From Octopus vulgaris (taxonomy: Eukaryota): a stretch of 64,000 nucleotides of DNA. A model generated the notes under the pieces. That model was given only the letters and a program-made list of their open reading frames with translations. It ran no database searches and was not told where the DNA came from. The position numbers were made by a program, and so were the translations under genes. How positions within the stretch are numbered: the stretch's first letter is position 1; every line of letters begins with the position of its first letter. The stretch covers positions 117,056,001 through 117,120,000 of the forward strand of contig OX597815.1 of NCBI GenBank assembly GCA_951406725.2, in the 5' to 3' direction. Positions 36,563 to 49,271 of this stretch are shown piece after piece.

Positions 36563-36994
36563 TATACGGCAAATAAAAAAACGGAGAGGATATAAAATCG
36601 ACTGACATCAGCCGGTAAACGTTCCAGTATGTCTATATATTCAAATGTATTGGATGAATACAGATACATGTATGAGTGGTATAGATTAGCGAGTGGGAAA
36701 AGCTGGTAACTGCATAAACAAGGGTGTGAATACATATAAGCATATAGAAACAAACTAGCAATTGAGCAAATTGGTAAAAAAGAAAATTTGCCAATTTGCT
36801 CATTTGTTTCTAGATGCTTATATGTATTCACACCCTTGTTTGTGCAGTTACCAGTTCTTTCCACTCGCTAATCTGTACCACTCATACATGTGTGTGTATT
36901 CATCCAATATACTTGAATAAATAGACATACTGGAACGTTTACCGGCTGATCTCAGTCGATTTTATATCCTCTCCGTTTTCTTATTTGCCATATA
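36563..36994. repeat. ~430-bp near-perfect palindrome (fold-back)
   Basis: The ~210-bp arms are reverse complements (e.g. AAATCGACTGACATCAGCCGGTAAACGTTCCAGTATGTC and GACATACTGGAACGTTTACCGGCTGATCTCAGTCGATTT), with a short A-rich loop near 36780. Confidence 0.95.
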
Positions 36995-37216
36995 TATAAA
37001 TATATAATATAGATGTAGTGGTTTTTAAATCTAAGCTGGACATCTTCCTGTCAAGAGTCCCAGATGAACCTACCTCACGGCAAGAGATGCAAATGAGAGT
37101 AGCTGTATCAAACTCAATTCTTCACCAAGTGCCACATATTAGACGAGGTTCGTCGTAATAACAGTATAGCACAAAACGGCGGTGCATCAGCATGGCCGCA
37201 GCTCTGAGCTGAAACT

Positions 37217-37219
<3 letters not shown>

Positions 37220-37269
<50 letters not shown>

Positions 37270-37430
37270 GGAAAGTTTACGAAAATAATCAAAAGACGAA
37301 GGCAGGTGGAGTACAAACAAACAAATGTATTAGTATAGCGCTCAGGAATAGAAAAAGTCTTTTACGTTTCGAGCCTACGCTCTTCGACAGAAAGATACAC
37401 AGAAAAAAACAAGGAGAGAAAAAATGCGTG

Positions 37431-37491
<61 letters not shown>
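37220..37491. repeat. (TA)n microsatellite split by a ~165-bp Penelope-like terminal repeat (37267-37432)
   Basis: Two long TA runs flank a segment that recurs at 54883-55100. Confidence 0.8.
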
Positions 37492-37494
<3 letters not shown>

Positions 37495-37549
37495 AGTTAA
37501 AAAAACATATATCAGAAAGAAGCACACTCTAAAAATTTAGAGCAGTAAT

Positions 37550-37748
37550 TATTACAACAAAATATATTGTTACCCAAGGTTTCGCACACACAAAGCTAAA
37601 GCCTTATGGACAGCTCGTCAGACTATAGGAATATATGCGACGTAGATATTTTAAAATTTTGTATTCATAGTCTGACGAGCTGTGCAAACGGCTTTAGCTT
37701 TGTGGGTGCGAAACATTGGGTAACTCTATGTAAAATTTTGTTGTTATA
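37550..37748. repeat. Inverted repeat carrying hammerhead-like cores on both strands
   Basis: 37569-37626 is the reverse complement of 37667-37724. Each arm reads CTGACGAG..GCGAAAC..GTA. Confidence 0.8.
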
Positions 37749-39049
37749 TATATATTTGTAACGTATGTTTATACATATACATACATATTTATGGGTGTGT
37801 GTGTGTGTCCAAATGCATATAAATGCGCGTGTGCATATACGTCACAATACACACACAGTTAACTTAAAAAGTACCTTTTTAATTAAGATTAACCTAGTTA
37901 TCTCCCTTGACAACTGTAACCTGTCCGTTGTCAGGACGCTAAAACAAGTTATGGATTAACATTAATATGAGTCGTTTAAGACCATCGACATATCTTCTTT
38001 TTTTACATAAACATCTTGGAAAGTAAAAGCTTCACATCTTTTGAACATTCTTCTTTACAGAGACCAGCTAAGATTCGGTTATTCATCGATTTCTTTTGAA
38101 AGGTTAGTAGTAACTAATTGTTTATTATTGTAGCTAAGAAGAGATAACTACAATCAAAATAAGCCGTATACATACACATATGATAGATACATTACACACA
38201 TACATATATTATAATATATTGTTCTTTATAATCCAAGTTTGCGCTTTGTTTTAATGAAGTTGATTCCTTCGGTAATGCATTTCCCTTGGAGCACAGTTGT
38301 CAATTAAATTTTCTTTCCACTTTAGAAAAACTTTATTTCAGAATTCGACTGCGAGATAAATAAATATTTCTTAATCCCGGTTCTTGCAGATACTTTTCAG
38401 TACTATTTTATTATATTATATTTGTGTCTTATTTTTATTTTGTTTCATGTATGATTTGCATTGAATGGTTTAAATAACTTCTGTTTTATTCTACGATTAA
38501 CTTAATCTCTTCTTTTATCTAATCCAGACTAAATAAGCAACAGTTATTTGACTTTTTTGACTACACCCCTCTACACTTCTGATCGTACAAGTTTAGTTTA
38601 GAAATGAATCGTATGTATTCAGGTACTACTCAGTCATTCGCTCCCAAACCTATAAAAGATGCCAAAGAAGTTGTCTAACTCGGATCAATCCCCCTACCCC
38701 ACTGGGTAGACATTCTTACTATCACTGTTCCGTGTTTTTGTAAACCTAGGACATTATTATCCAATGTTTTCTTCTCTTTTGTAAAATGTATTTTAAGGGA
38801 GTTTTGGTTGCTACTTAGCAACCTTGTAGAATATCCCCTGAGGGTTCGATTCAGTGAAATGATACAAATCTCCGACACGAATTCACTAGAGTCAAAAGGG
38901 AGCCACTTTACCGTTGCTCTACCTGCTATAAATAGCATCTAAATCTCCCTCAAATCACACACAACTACTGCCTTAAAAATGTCTTAAATACATTGTTCCT
39001 AAAAGAAAGACGTAGTGGCTATGAATAGAAAGTCTTTGACCACAGGTCT

Positions 39050-39265
39050 GATAAGCTCACTCGCAGACGCATGCTAGCACTTGAGTAAGTACTGTGGGAT
39101 TTTTCAGCAGATGGCTGAGATTTCTGAGTGAATACAGTAAATACGAAACAGAAAAGTAAAAATTAGGCTTTAAGGGGCAAAAGGAGCAACGACTGAAATG
39201 GTACCTTTTACTCTCAACTGAACTAAGTTTGTCGTGGTAATTCCAATATGAAAGAAAGTAAGCGG
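39050..39265 (+). promoter_or_regulatory. Possible CEP290 promoter or non-coding first exon
   Basis: Locally CpG-retaining unique sequence with donor-like GTAAGT (~39084) and GTAAGC (~39258). The first CEP290 coding exon is preceded by an acceptor, so an upstream exon must exist. Location inferred only. Confidence 0.3.
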
Positions 39266-39416
39266 GAAATTCTGAGCTTGCGACAAGCCAGTTCTTGAAC
39301 GGTATTAAGTAGATTATTATGCAGTTTTCTCTTGTATCTGTTCATATAATCTTGTACGAGTCAGGTATTAAGTGTACTGTCCTAACGCAACCGTGTGTTG
39401 TGCATAAATAGTTTTC

Positions 39417-39837
39417 GGATCTTTTCGGTTTGAACGGCAGTTTTTTCTAGCGGTGTCACATGAAATTGTCACCCATAATTATGACCCTAGTATCGATCTA
39501 TTGCATTTCAATCTGTTTTAGAGTTAGGATTAGTTAGGGGTGGGGGAAGGGTATCTTATTTTCTCCAGAAATGTAAATAAACTCAATCTGTTTCTTAAAC
39601 GAGGGACATATTCATACGGCACAGAATGTTTTTCACCTCAATAGACGACATTGATTGGTTGAAATTGCAGAAATTGAAGAAAAACAACAACAAATATCTG
39701 ACAAACTATAGAATTTTCTCAATAAAGCCAAGAGAAAAAATGTTTTATTAACACATTCTACCAGTATACGAAGTTTAAAAGTGTTTAGTTACGTGGAAAT
39801 TATTTTAAAAAAACTGCCGTTCAAACCGAAAAGATCC
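39417..39837 (+). mobile_element. Intact Merlin-type MITE
   Basis: Perfect 30-bp TIR GGATCTTTTCGGTTTGAACGGCAGTTTTTT and perfect 8-bp TSD TAGTTTTC (39409-39416 and 39838-39845). Confidence 0.9.
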
Positions 39838-42589
39838 TAGTTTTCTAAGCAAAATAGTAAACTGGTGTGTGTGTTTGTCCTTCGGGACATTGTGAAGATT
39901 TTCCTTGCCACTGTTAGCTCCAATAGTTTGTAACGATTTCAACATGCTCAAATGAGTATATTGTTTCTGTTGTAGCCGGAACTTTGATCTGGGTGGCTCT
40001 TGTCTTGAATAAGAGTAGTACACTTCAGGCAGTTGCTACTTTAAACACATTTTATATTGTGTGATATTTTATTTATTTTTAATTGCTGTTTTATATTCAT
40101 TTATACATGCTTATGTAGGTGAGGTAGTAATTTTTGTTGGGGTAACTGCTTTACAAATGGGTGCCCTTATTACTAAGCTTCTTTTCTTCAGTCAGGTAAA
40201 CTGAAACAAGTAGAGTTATGTACTTCAGTTGGGGATGCTGCCTTGTCTTGGGCCTTCAACTCAGTGATGGAGCTATAGTGGTGCATCATAAAATGTCTTA
40301 AATATTTTAAGATCTGGCAGAAACCAGGACTTATCACAGCCAATTTCTCCTAGAAGAGAGAGAGGTAGAAAAAAGTGCAAAAGAAGATAATTGATTCTAC
40401 AACAGGATTGGCATTTTAATTATTGACTCTGAAAGGATCAAGATCAAAGTTGGCCCTTGCAGGATTTGAACTTAGGGCCTTAAGAGTCAGAACTATTACC
40501 ACCGAAGCAATAATCCAACTCATGCCAACATTGAAAATGGACTTTAAATGATGATGGTAATGATATGTGTATGCATGGCTTGCAACCATGTAGATTTGCA
40601 TTCAGTCCCACAGTGCGACACTTTGGGCAAGTGTCTGCTACTATAGCATTGGGCCAAGCAATGCCTTATAAGTGAATTTAGTAGATAGTAATTGTGCAGT
40701 AACCTTTCTCTCTCTCTCACACATGTGGTGTATGTATCTCTTCTCTCACCACTTGATAACAGATGTAGGCTTATGATCCTGTAATTTATAGATAAATCCT
40801 TGGAGGTTTAGTTTACAATAATAAGAACTACAAATTATTGTACCTTTACATTTTGGGGGCCTGTAGTTTTCATTAGAATGAAATAGAGAGTACAATTGAG
40901 TGTCTAAAGGTTCTGAATAAAAAAAAATATCTTCAAATATGACAGTCTGGGTCTGAAATAAATCAGAAATTATCAGGAATCAAAACTAATTGCTTTCAGT
41001 AGAATATTGGATGTCATCCATGTTTTATAACATACTACAATGCTACAACTATTTTATGATAAGGTAATATGAACTACCTTGAAATAAACCCCTGAACACT
41101 GTAGAATTAACAGTGCTGTTATCTGGCATAATGTCTTCAAAAATTGTTGTTGCTTTTCAGGACAAATCTGCAACCTGTTTTCATCTCTGATATTCCTCTA
41201 GGTCCTAGTTGCAATTTATTTTTGGTTATTGCTGATTATTATTATGGCTAAGCTTCTGGTCATTATTTTAATGTGTTTAATCTGGAGATGAATAGGGCCT
41301 GAATGAGAAATAATTGACCAAAATAGATGTTTTAAAAATAGATGGATCCTACATTCAAACAAAGCTCTTTTAATCAAATTTCTATCTTGTGTATGCATAT
41401 TTTTAAAAAATAATTCTGAAATGATTTTCAGATTATTTGCCTGTGTGCATGCATAATGCACATGTGTTGTACTTGTACTGTAGGTTTTGTTTATTTTCTT
41501 TAAGTTCAGTTAATAATAATTATAATATACATATATAATCTTTCTGTCCCTTAATACTACTCCTCCTAGTTGAGGGGTCTGGCCCTGCAAGTTATTCGGT
41601 GACCTCACTGCTGCTGGTGACACCTAAAAAGCACCCAGTACATTCTGTAAAGTGGTTGGTGTTAGGAAGGACATCCAGCCACAGAAATCATGCCAAAATA
41701 GACAGCAGAGTTTGGTGTAGTGTTCAGACTTGTCTGTCCCTGTCAAACTGCTCAACCTATGTCAGCATGGAAAATGGACATTAAACGATGATGATGAAGA
41801 GGAAGCAATTAGTGCCTTCAGTGTGTCTAAAATTTGTTGTCAGCTTTTCTGTATAATGTCAGGAACTTCTGATAAATTCCTCTTTTCATTTAGATCATTT
41901 GGAAGAGGTGTATAATGCATAAAATTTGCATTTAATTTTTGGGATTATTTCAAAATGGAAGGTTCATGAAAACCCATCAGAGAGAATCAAAAAGAAGAAA
42001 AAGCCCATTTAAGATTGTAGGAGTATAATAGCATTTTCCTCAACAGGCACAGAATTCTTGATGATACCAACTTCACTCAAATTGAACAGGAGTTAATTTT
42101 TCTGTTAAGGTTTTCTGCTATAATTTTTTATGGAACCGAGACTTCTGGCAGTTTGCTGTGTTTGAGAAGACATCTCAAGCTAAAGGGAAATTGTTGTTAT
42201 TCTTGCATATAAGTATGTCCCCTGCATCCCTCTTCACTGAGCCATCTTAATCTTGTGGGCATTGGTGCCACATAAAAGCACCCATGTCAGTGCTGCTTAG
42301 AATCATCCAGCACACTCTGTAATGTGGTTGCTGTTAGGAAGGGCACCCAGCTGTAGAAACCATGCCAAAACAGACATGGAATCCAGGCAGCTCTTCAGTT
42401 GGCCAGCTTCCATCAAACTGTCCAACCCATGCCAGCATGGAAAATAGACATTAAATGATGATGGTGATGATGAATGCAGAATGCCTACAATAGATTTTGT
42501 TTCAGTTATAACTCTTGTGGTTGCATAGCTATTTTAGAAAATCAGGAACATTTGTTGATGTGCTTAAGAGGACCCATCAAACAAAGTGC

Positions 42590-43063
42590 ACCCATGCTGG
42601 TGGCACATAAAAAAATCAACCTTTGAACGTTGGGCCTCACAGAGGCAAGTGGCCGAGTTCCTTTCGAGTATCGGTCTCATGGAGGCGAGGTGGCTGAGTT
42701 CTTTTCGAGCATTGGGCCTCATAGAGGCAAAGTGGCTGAGTTCCTTTCGAGTATTGGACCTCACAAAGGCAATGACCAAGACCTTTGGCATAATGTCATG
42801 CTTGAGAAGAAGACCCATCAAGCTGAGCAAAATCAGTCATGGCAGATACCGGTGTCATGCAAATGGCATCCGTGCCAGTGGCATGTAACAGCATCCATTA
42901 CACTCTCAGAGTGATTGGTGTTAGGAAGGGCATCCAGCTGTAGAAAACTATGCCAAATCAGACTGGATCCCAGCACAACCTTCTAGTGGGCCAACCCAGT
43001 CAAACCATCCAACGCATGTCAGCATGGACAATGGACGTTAAATGAATATGATGATGATGATGA
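42590..43063 (+). mobile_element. RTE-tail element with an internal ~37-bp tandem array
   Basis: About four copies of GGCCTCA(C/T)AGAGGCAAGTGGC(C/T)GAGTTCCTTTCGAG at 42620-42775, then the shared RTE tail and (GAT)n. Confidence 0.75.
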
Positions 43064-43324
43064 TTATGTTCGGAATTGAAATTCTGCCGAGGGCACCTTA
43101 GTTTTTCATTCTTTCAGGGATGGTGAAATAAACTACTGGGAGGGTGTGTGACTGTCCCCTCCCACTAAAATTGCTGGCTCTGTGCCAAAATTTTGAAGTC
43201 ATGCTATTGGTTAATATGCAGAGTGCTCATCCAAGAGTTTTATTATATTGATAGCAGTGATTTAGTTACCATTAGAGGATTTGTGACACTGGGAGTTGAA
43301 CACTATTTAAAAACATATACTCTC

Positions 43325-43728
43325 TTTTACTCTTTACTCTTTTACTTGTTTCAGTCATTTGACTGTGGCCATGCTAGAGCACCGCCTTTAGTCGAGCAAA
43401 TCGACCCCGGGACTTATCCTTTGTAAGCCCAGTACTTATTCTATCGGTCTCTTTTACTGAACCGCTAAGTGATGGGGACATAACACACCAGCATCGGTTG
43501 TCAAGCAATGCTAGGGGGACAAACACAGACACACAAACACACACACACACACACATATATATATACATATATACGACAGGCTTCTTTCAGTTTCCGTCTA
43601 CCAAATCCACTCACAAGGCTTTGGTCGGCCCGGGGCTATAGCAGAAGGTACTTGCCCAAGATGCCACGCAGTGGGACTGAACCCGGAACCATGTGGTTGG
43701 TAAGCAAGCTACTTACCACACAGCCACA
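43325..43728 (-). mobile_element. tRNA-derived CORE-type octopus SINE, near full length
   Basis: Head TGTGGTAAGTAGCTTGCTTACCAACCACATGGTTCCGGGTTCAGTCCC, internal (TA)/(TG) microsatellite, tail GACTGAAACAAGTAAAAGAGTAAAGAG. Confidence 0.85.
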
Positions 43729-44217
43729 TAAAACAACATTTGAAATTAGTTTTGTGTGGACTTCCATCAACTATTCCCAGTTTAAGAAATTTCAAACTGG
43801 GAGTAAATACTTTTCTGTACTCTAGAAATGTTTGTCTATCAATGTCGAAAGTGCTTAGATAGGTTAGATGCTACATTTATACAGAAGGGAGTTAATTCAT
43901 GTTATTTTTCTTTTACTGTTTTAGCTGGTCTGTGTGTTACGGTTTTCTATGTAATGTACTTGTCCGCACAGCAAAATAATGTATTCTAAATTTCCAGCAA
44001 TTATATACTTGATTGTTGTTGCAGACATAGTCTATTGTTTCACTTAAATATGCATACATAAATATATATATACGTATATGCATATACACATACAATCAGT
44101 CTGTATGAGCTGCTACTTGAAGTTTCGCATTGATTCCATTCCTTAAGAATATGTATGCATATGTGTATGTATACATGCATACATACATATATACATACAT
44201 ATATATATATATATATC

Positions 44218-44605
44218 TTTTACTCTTTTACTTGTTTCAGTCATTTGACTGCGACCATGCTGGAGCACCACCTTTTTAGTCTAGCAAATCGACCCCAGGA
44301 CTTATTCTTTGTAAGCCTAGTACTTATTCTGTCGGTCTCTTTTGCCAAACTGCTAAGTAATGGTTGTCAAGCGATGTTGGGGGGGGGGGGCAAACACAAA
44401 TACACAAACACATACACATATACATATATACATATATATATACGATGGGCTTCTTTCAGTTTCTGTCTACCAAATCCACTCACAAGGCTTTGGTCGGCCC
44501 GAGGCTATAGTAGAAGACACTTGCCCAAGGTGCCATGCAGTGGGACTGAACCCGGAATTGTGTGGTTGGTAAGCAAGCTCCTTACCACACAGCCACTCCT
44601 GCGCC
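44218..44605 (-). mobile_element. Same SINE family, another copy
   Basis: Collinear with 43325-43728. Confidence 0.85.
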
Positions 44606-44944
44606 ATATTTATATAGATGTGTTTATATTTATATAAAAATATGGCTGGTGGAGGTGTGTGGCTTAGTGGTTAGAATGTTGTACTCATGATCCAAAGATT
44701 ATGGTTCTGATTCCTGGAATAGGCAATGCATTGTGTTCTTGAGCAAAACACTTCATTTCACATTTCTCTAGTCCCCTCAGTTGGCCAAAATGAGTAATCC
44801 TGCACTGGACTGGCATCTTATCCAGTGGGGGATTATATATGCTGCAGAATTCAGAAAACTGGCCTATAAGCCTATGGCTCAGGAAAGACCAGTGACTCAT
44901 TTTCTTTCTTTTTATAAATAAATTTGCCTGCATACATTTAATAA

Positions 44945-44986
<42 letters not shown>

Positions 44987-45519
44987 GTTATACAAAAAAA
45001 TCTGTGTCATAGAAGACTTTAGCAATGCAGATTGAACATAAAATAATTACAATGATAAAGATATTGAAATATTGCCTTGGAAGTATTTACTTGTCCTTAT
45101 ATTTACAGTAAAATACTCTTTTACAAAGGTGTTAAGAGAAATAAAGGAAAGAGAAATAAATTGTATGTCCATTAGATTGACATGCTAAAGATGTATAATT
45201 GCCCCATCCTCATTTAGATCTTTAAGGTTCATAGTGTTTAGTGGTTTAGGTGATGAATTCACAGTTATATGGTTGTAGTTTTGATTCCTGGATTGGGTGG
45301 TACATTTCATTCTTGAGCAAGGCTTTGCATTCCATTTTGCTCTAGTCTGCTCAGCTGTAATGAGTTCCAGCTGAGTGCTGGTGCAGGTCTCTGTTCCTTC
45401 AACTCTCACATCCTGGATGCTCCACTAGGTGAAGGTTAGGAGAGCCAAAAGGGTGTATGTCTGCTTGAAATTACGAAGGTATCTAAAACAATTAGTGAAA
45501 GCATAGTAAATACTCCACC

Positions 45520-45862
45520 CGCAAAGACCAGTCCTTGTTGTGGTGTGGTAGCTTATGTGCCTTAATGACTCTGAGAACTATGCCAGTGAAGCACAAGCTC
45601 CTGGTGGTGGCCTTTCATACTGAACATGTTAAAGCTTAGGGGCCAGGTTAATATGGACTATCTCTTCTCAGAAGTAAAAAGGGATATGCATAAGGCCAGC
45701 ACCCCTACCTAGAAAAAACAAAGCTAAGTTACAGAAGCATTGCTGACAATTTGAATCCAACCAAAACCTGAGAGAGGAGAAACAGCCCAGAGTCAAGAAC
45801 AGCAGAGAAAGGTCATCAATGGCCTATGATTCATAGAGAGCAAAGGGCTTAAGTAAGTAAGT
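45520..45862 (+). mobile_element. Bipartite non-autonomous RTE derivative (5' UTR fused to 3' tail)
   Basis: 5' CCTTGTTGTGGTGTGGTAGCTTATGTGCCTTAATGA resembles RTE/BovB starts; 3' GGCCTATG..GGGCTTAAGTAAGTAAGTA resembles RTE ends. No ORF in between. Confidence 0.55.
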
Positions 45863-46122
45863 ATAGTACATTCTACCATGTCATATTTGCTTGCAGGTAA
45901 CAACTTTAGTTTCTATGAGTAGCTGTGTTTTTTTTTAGAATAAATGCAGTCCCTTACTATTTCACAAAAAGTATGACTTTTCTCACATTTTTTTCTTTTA
46001 ATTATCATTGGCTTATGTAATATTACAATGAAATGTGTTAAACTACATTTTACAGTTCACTTATATCAAATTTGTTTTATTCTTCATATATTCTTTAGTG
46101 ACACCATTTTAAAATTTCAACA

Positions 46123-46212
46123 ATGACTCCAATGAACTGGAATATAATCATGAAAACAACCAAAAGTAACATAGAAGATGACTCTGATATGTTGTTGGAA
46201 ATGATCAAATCT
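46123..46212 (+). CDS. CEP290: CEP290 coding exon 1
   Basis: MTPMNWNIIMKTTKSNIEDDSDMLLEMIKS (human begins MPPNINWKEIMK). Acceptor at 46098, donor GTAAGT. Confidence 0.85.
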
Positions 46213-48359
46213 GTAAGTTGCCTTATTTCTATTGATTTTATTTTAATCTTTAATTCATTTATCTTGATATTACACCGGAGATATAGATGTTAGATTTCAT
46301 GGGAAAATTATCATAATCAATTAGTGTTGCTGTTGTTGTGTACCGGCTTGTAGGGCATGTTTATAGCTTCATATGTTTGAAAAAAAAAATGTTGTTAGTT
46401 TACTCTTTTATGGATTTATTGTATCACATTTTTGTAGTACATCTTATTCTGGTGTGGTTTAGCTTCAACAACAACCACAGTAGTAATGTACCCAATACCT
46501 GTGGCAACAGCAATAAGGGCAACAATAGCACCTTCATTATAACCACTGTCATCATCATCACTCCCATCACCACCAATATTGTCTGTGGTAAGAAGTCAGT
46601 AATATCAGTCTTGAATTTTATGGAATCTGAAATGAGCTGAAGAAAAAGTGCAGCTGCATCAAAACACCAGAAATGCTACCACAACCACATCCTTTGTGCT
46701 TGCTGCACTACTAATAGCAGTGGCTTCTGCAACAACATTGCCAAGAGTTTACAGGGCCATGAGTATAGTTAAGTAAGTCTCTTTAGAAGTGATTTGAGCA
46801 GATGTGAATGAGAGACCAAAAGTCTCATTCAAGATGACAGGAGGATTGCCTTATCTGATGGTTGATGGAATGCAGTGTCATAGAGGATATGCAGAAGTAC
46901 TACCAGGAAAACAGGTCTTTAATTAGTGTGAATACCCTGATCCAGGTACAATGGGAAAACCTAGACAAAGTTTCGACTAGATAGGCTTCCCAGATTGTTA
47001 AAAATCCAAGTGTCACACATGTGGCAGCACTAGCCACCTCAGAGCCTTTTTTTCCACGATGGGAGCTAACTTAGTAATTACCTGCACTGCTGCTGAGCAC
47101 AATAATAGCATTAGCAACAGCAGCACTAGCAGCAGCGTCCACAAGGACAAACAATAACAACATTGCTAGTGACTAGTCACACAATACTACCACCAGCCAA
47201 AACAACTTCAGATGAGCATCTTCTTCACCCTCAGAATGGACAAGCTCAACACAAATAACCAAATCACAACCACTCAGAAGCAAATGAAACAGGAAAATGT
47301 GTGAAATGGCCGTGGAGGTTAAATAGTTCACTTCAAAACCATGTAGTCTAAGGGTCATTCATGCAGTGTGGGCTCTGTTGGCTAGTGTCTTCTACTGTAG
47401 CTGTGGGCTGACTCATGAAATTGATGGTCAGAAATTGCAAGCAACATGCATACACACATGCATGCACACACTCATGCAGATACACATATACTCACATATA
47501 TATTTATACCCAGTACATACTGTAAAGTGGTTGGTATTAGGAAGACATCCAGTCAGAGGAACTATGCCAGACTTTAGAGCATGATGTAGCCTTTGGACCC
47601 TTCAGGTCCTGCCAAATAGTTCAACCAATACCAGCATGAACCATGGATGTTAAATGATGATGACAGTGACAGCAGTGGTGACAATAAATATTTATTATAT
47701 CAAAAGTTGATAGTATGCTCTGATTTTTGAGTTTTGCCCCAGGTTTGGCTGTTGATGATTGATGAGCATCTGGGAAGAGCACTTGACTACAAAAAAAATC
47801 TGTCTTAGCAAGTTTTGTCTAACCTAAGTAAGCATTGAAAAGTGGATATTAATATGAATATGATGATGACTATTATGATATCATTTTCTCAATAATATGT
47901 AGTTTCAAGTTGCTATCAAAATATCTTGTACAGCTGGGTCACTGAAACTAAAAATAATTCATAATTATATTTTTGAATGCTTATTTAGCTTGCTCTAATC
48001 ATCATCATCATCATCATCGTTTAACGTCCGTTCTCCATGCTAGCATGGGTTGGACGGAATGTTACTATTAATATTGTTTTCTATCAACCTCATATCCTCT
48101 TTTTTAGGTTATTAGAGTAAAATATCAAAATCTTGTAAATCTTAATAAGGCTTAAACATTTTTGTATTGGACTGCAAGTATATACCAAATTTATTTCAAA
48201 ATCTAGGAGGAAAGAAGCTAGAAGATAGCACTTCTACTAACTTGGAGACAGCAGAGTAATCGGGGACATTTTGTGTTGGTTTTTTTTTAATTATCTGAGG
48301 TGGACTGCCCTACTATTGAAGAGTTTATTTATTTTTCTGAATTCTATTTTTCTATTTTT

Positions 48360-48632
48360 TGTATTGTGGAGTGAACTGACACCCCTGCACGCGACTGTCA
48401 GTGGACTGGACGAGTCTTATAAATAAATGAGCCAGTAGACAGTTAAGGTCGAACTGTGAGAGCATTAGTCTCATTATTGATTCTGCATTGGAGTATTGGA
48501 TTGTTATTGTGTGAATGGTTATAATAAGATAACCAACTCTTGTTACATTGCTTATTGTTATATGGTTATATTTGGTACCATAATATATTGTCACACACAC
48601 AGACATCATATATCATCACTGACGATATAACA
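48360..48632 (+). mobile_element. Probable solo LTR
   Basis: TGTATTG..GATATAACA ends, with internal TATAAATAAA. The 3' end matches that of the TRIM LTR (GATATAACA). Flanks are T-rich, so the TSD is ambiguous. Confidence 0.5.
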
Positions 48633-49271
48633 TTTTGTTATATCCTTGTTGCTTCCCCTTGTGATTAATGTGAACTCCACCTTTTTTGTGTGTGTGTGGC
48701 ATGTAAAAAGGACCATTCGAGTGTAGTCGATGCCAGTGCTGCCTGACTGGTCCCGTGTCGGTGGCGCATAAAAAGCACTCACTACACTCTTGGAGTGGTT
48801 GGCATTAGGAAGGACATCCAGCTGTAGAAACTTTGCCAGATCTGATTGGAGTCTGGTGCAACCTTCTGGCTTGCCAGCCTTCAGTCAAACTGTCCAGCAC
48901 ATGCCAGCATGGAAAGCAGACGTTAAACAACGACGATTTTTATTATTATTATTATTATTATTAAAATAAGGTAGCGAGGTGGCAGAATCATTACTGCAAT
49001 GGTTAGCAGCATTTTTTCTGATTTTACATTCTGAGTTCAAATGCTGCCAGGGTCGACTTTACCTTTCATCCTTTTGGGATTGATAAAATAAGTACCAGCT
49101 GAGCACTGGGGTCGATATAATTGACTAGACTCCTCCCCCAAAATTTCAGGTCTTGTGCACATAGTAGTAAGGATTATTAAACTTTAGCTTCAGTTTCTAA
49201 AAATTTAGAATGGTTCCAGGTATTATTGATAAACCAATATAATTTAAATTTGAGACTCTATTGTTTTGCAG

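Noticed and set aside
38807-38823. RFX X-box-like palindrome GGTTGCTACTTAGCAACC upstream of CEP290
   Set aside because: The spacer is longer than the canonical X-box and the site appears to lie in a decayed SINE; not supportable without conservation or ChIP data.
42620-42775. CRISPR-like array
   Set aside because: Contiguous tandem units with no unique spacers, inside a retroposon, and no cas genes.
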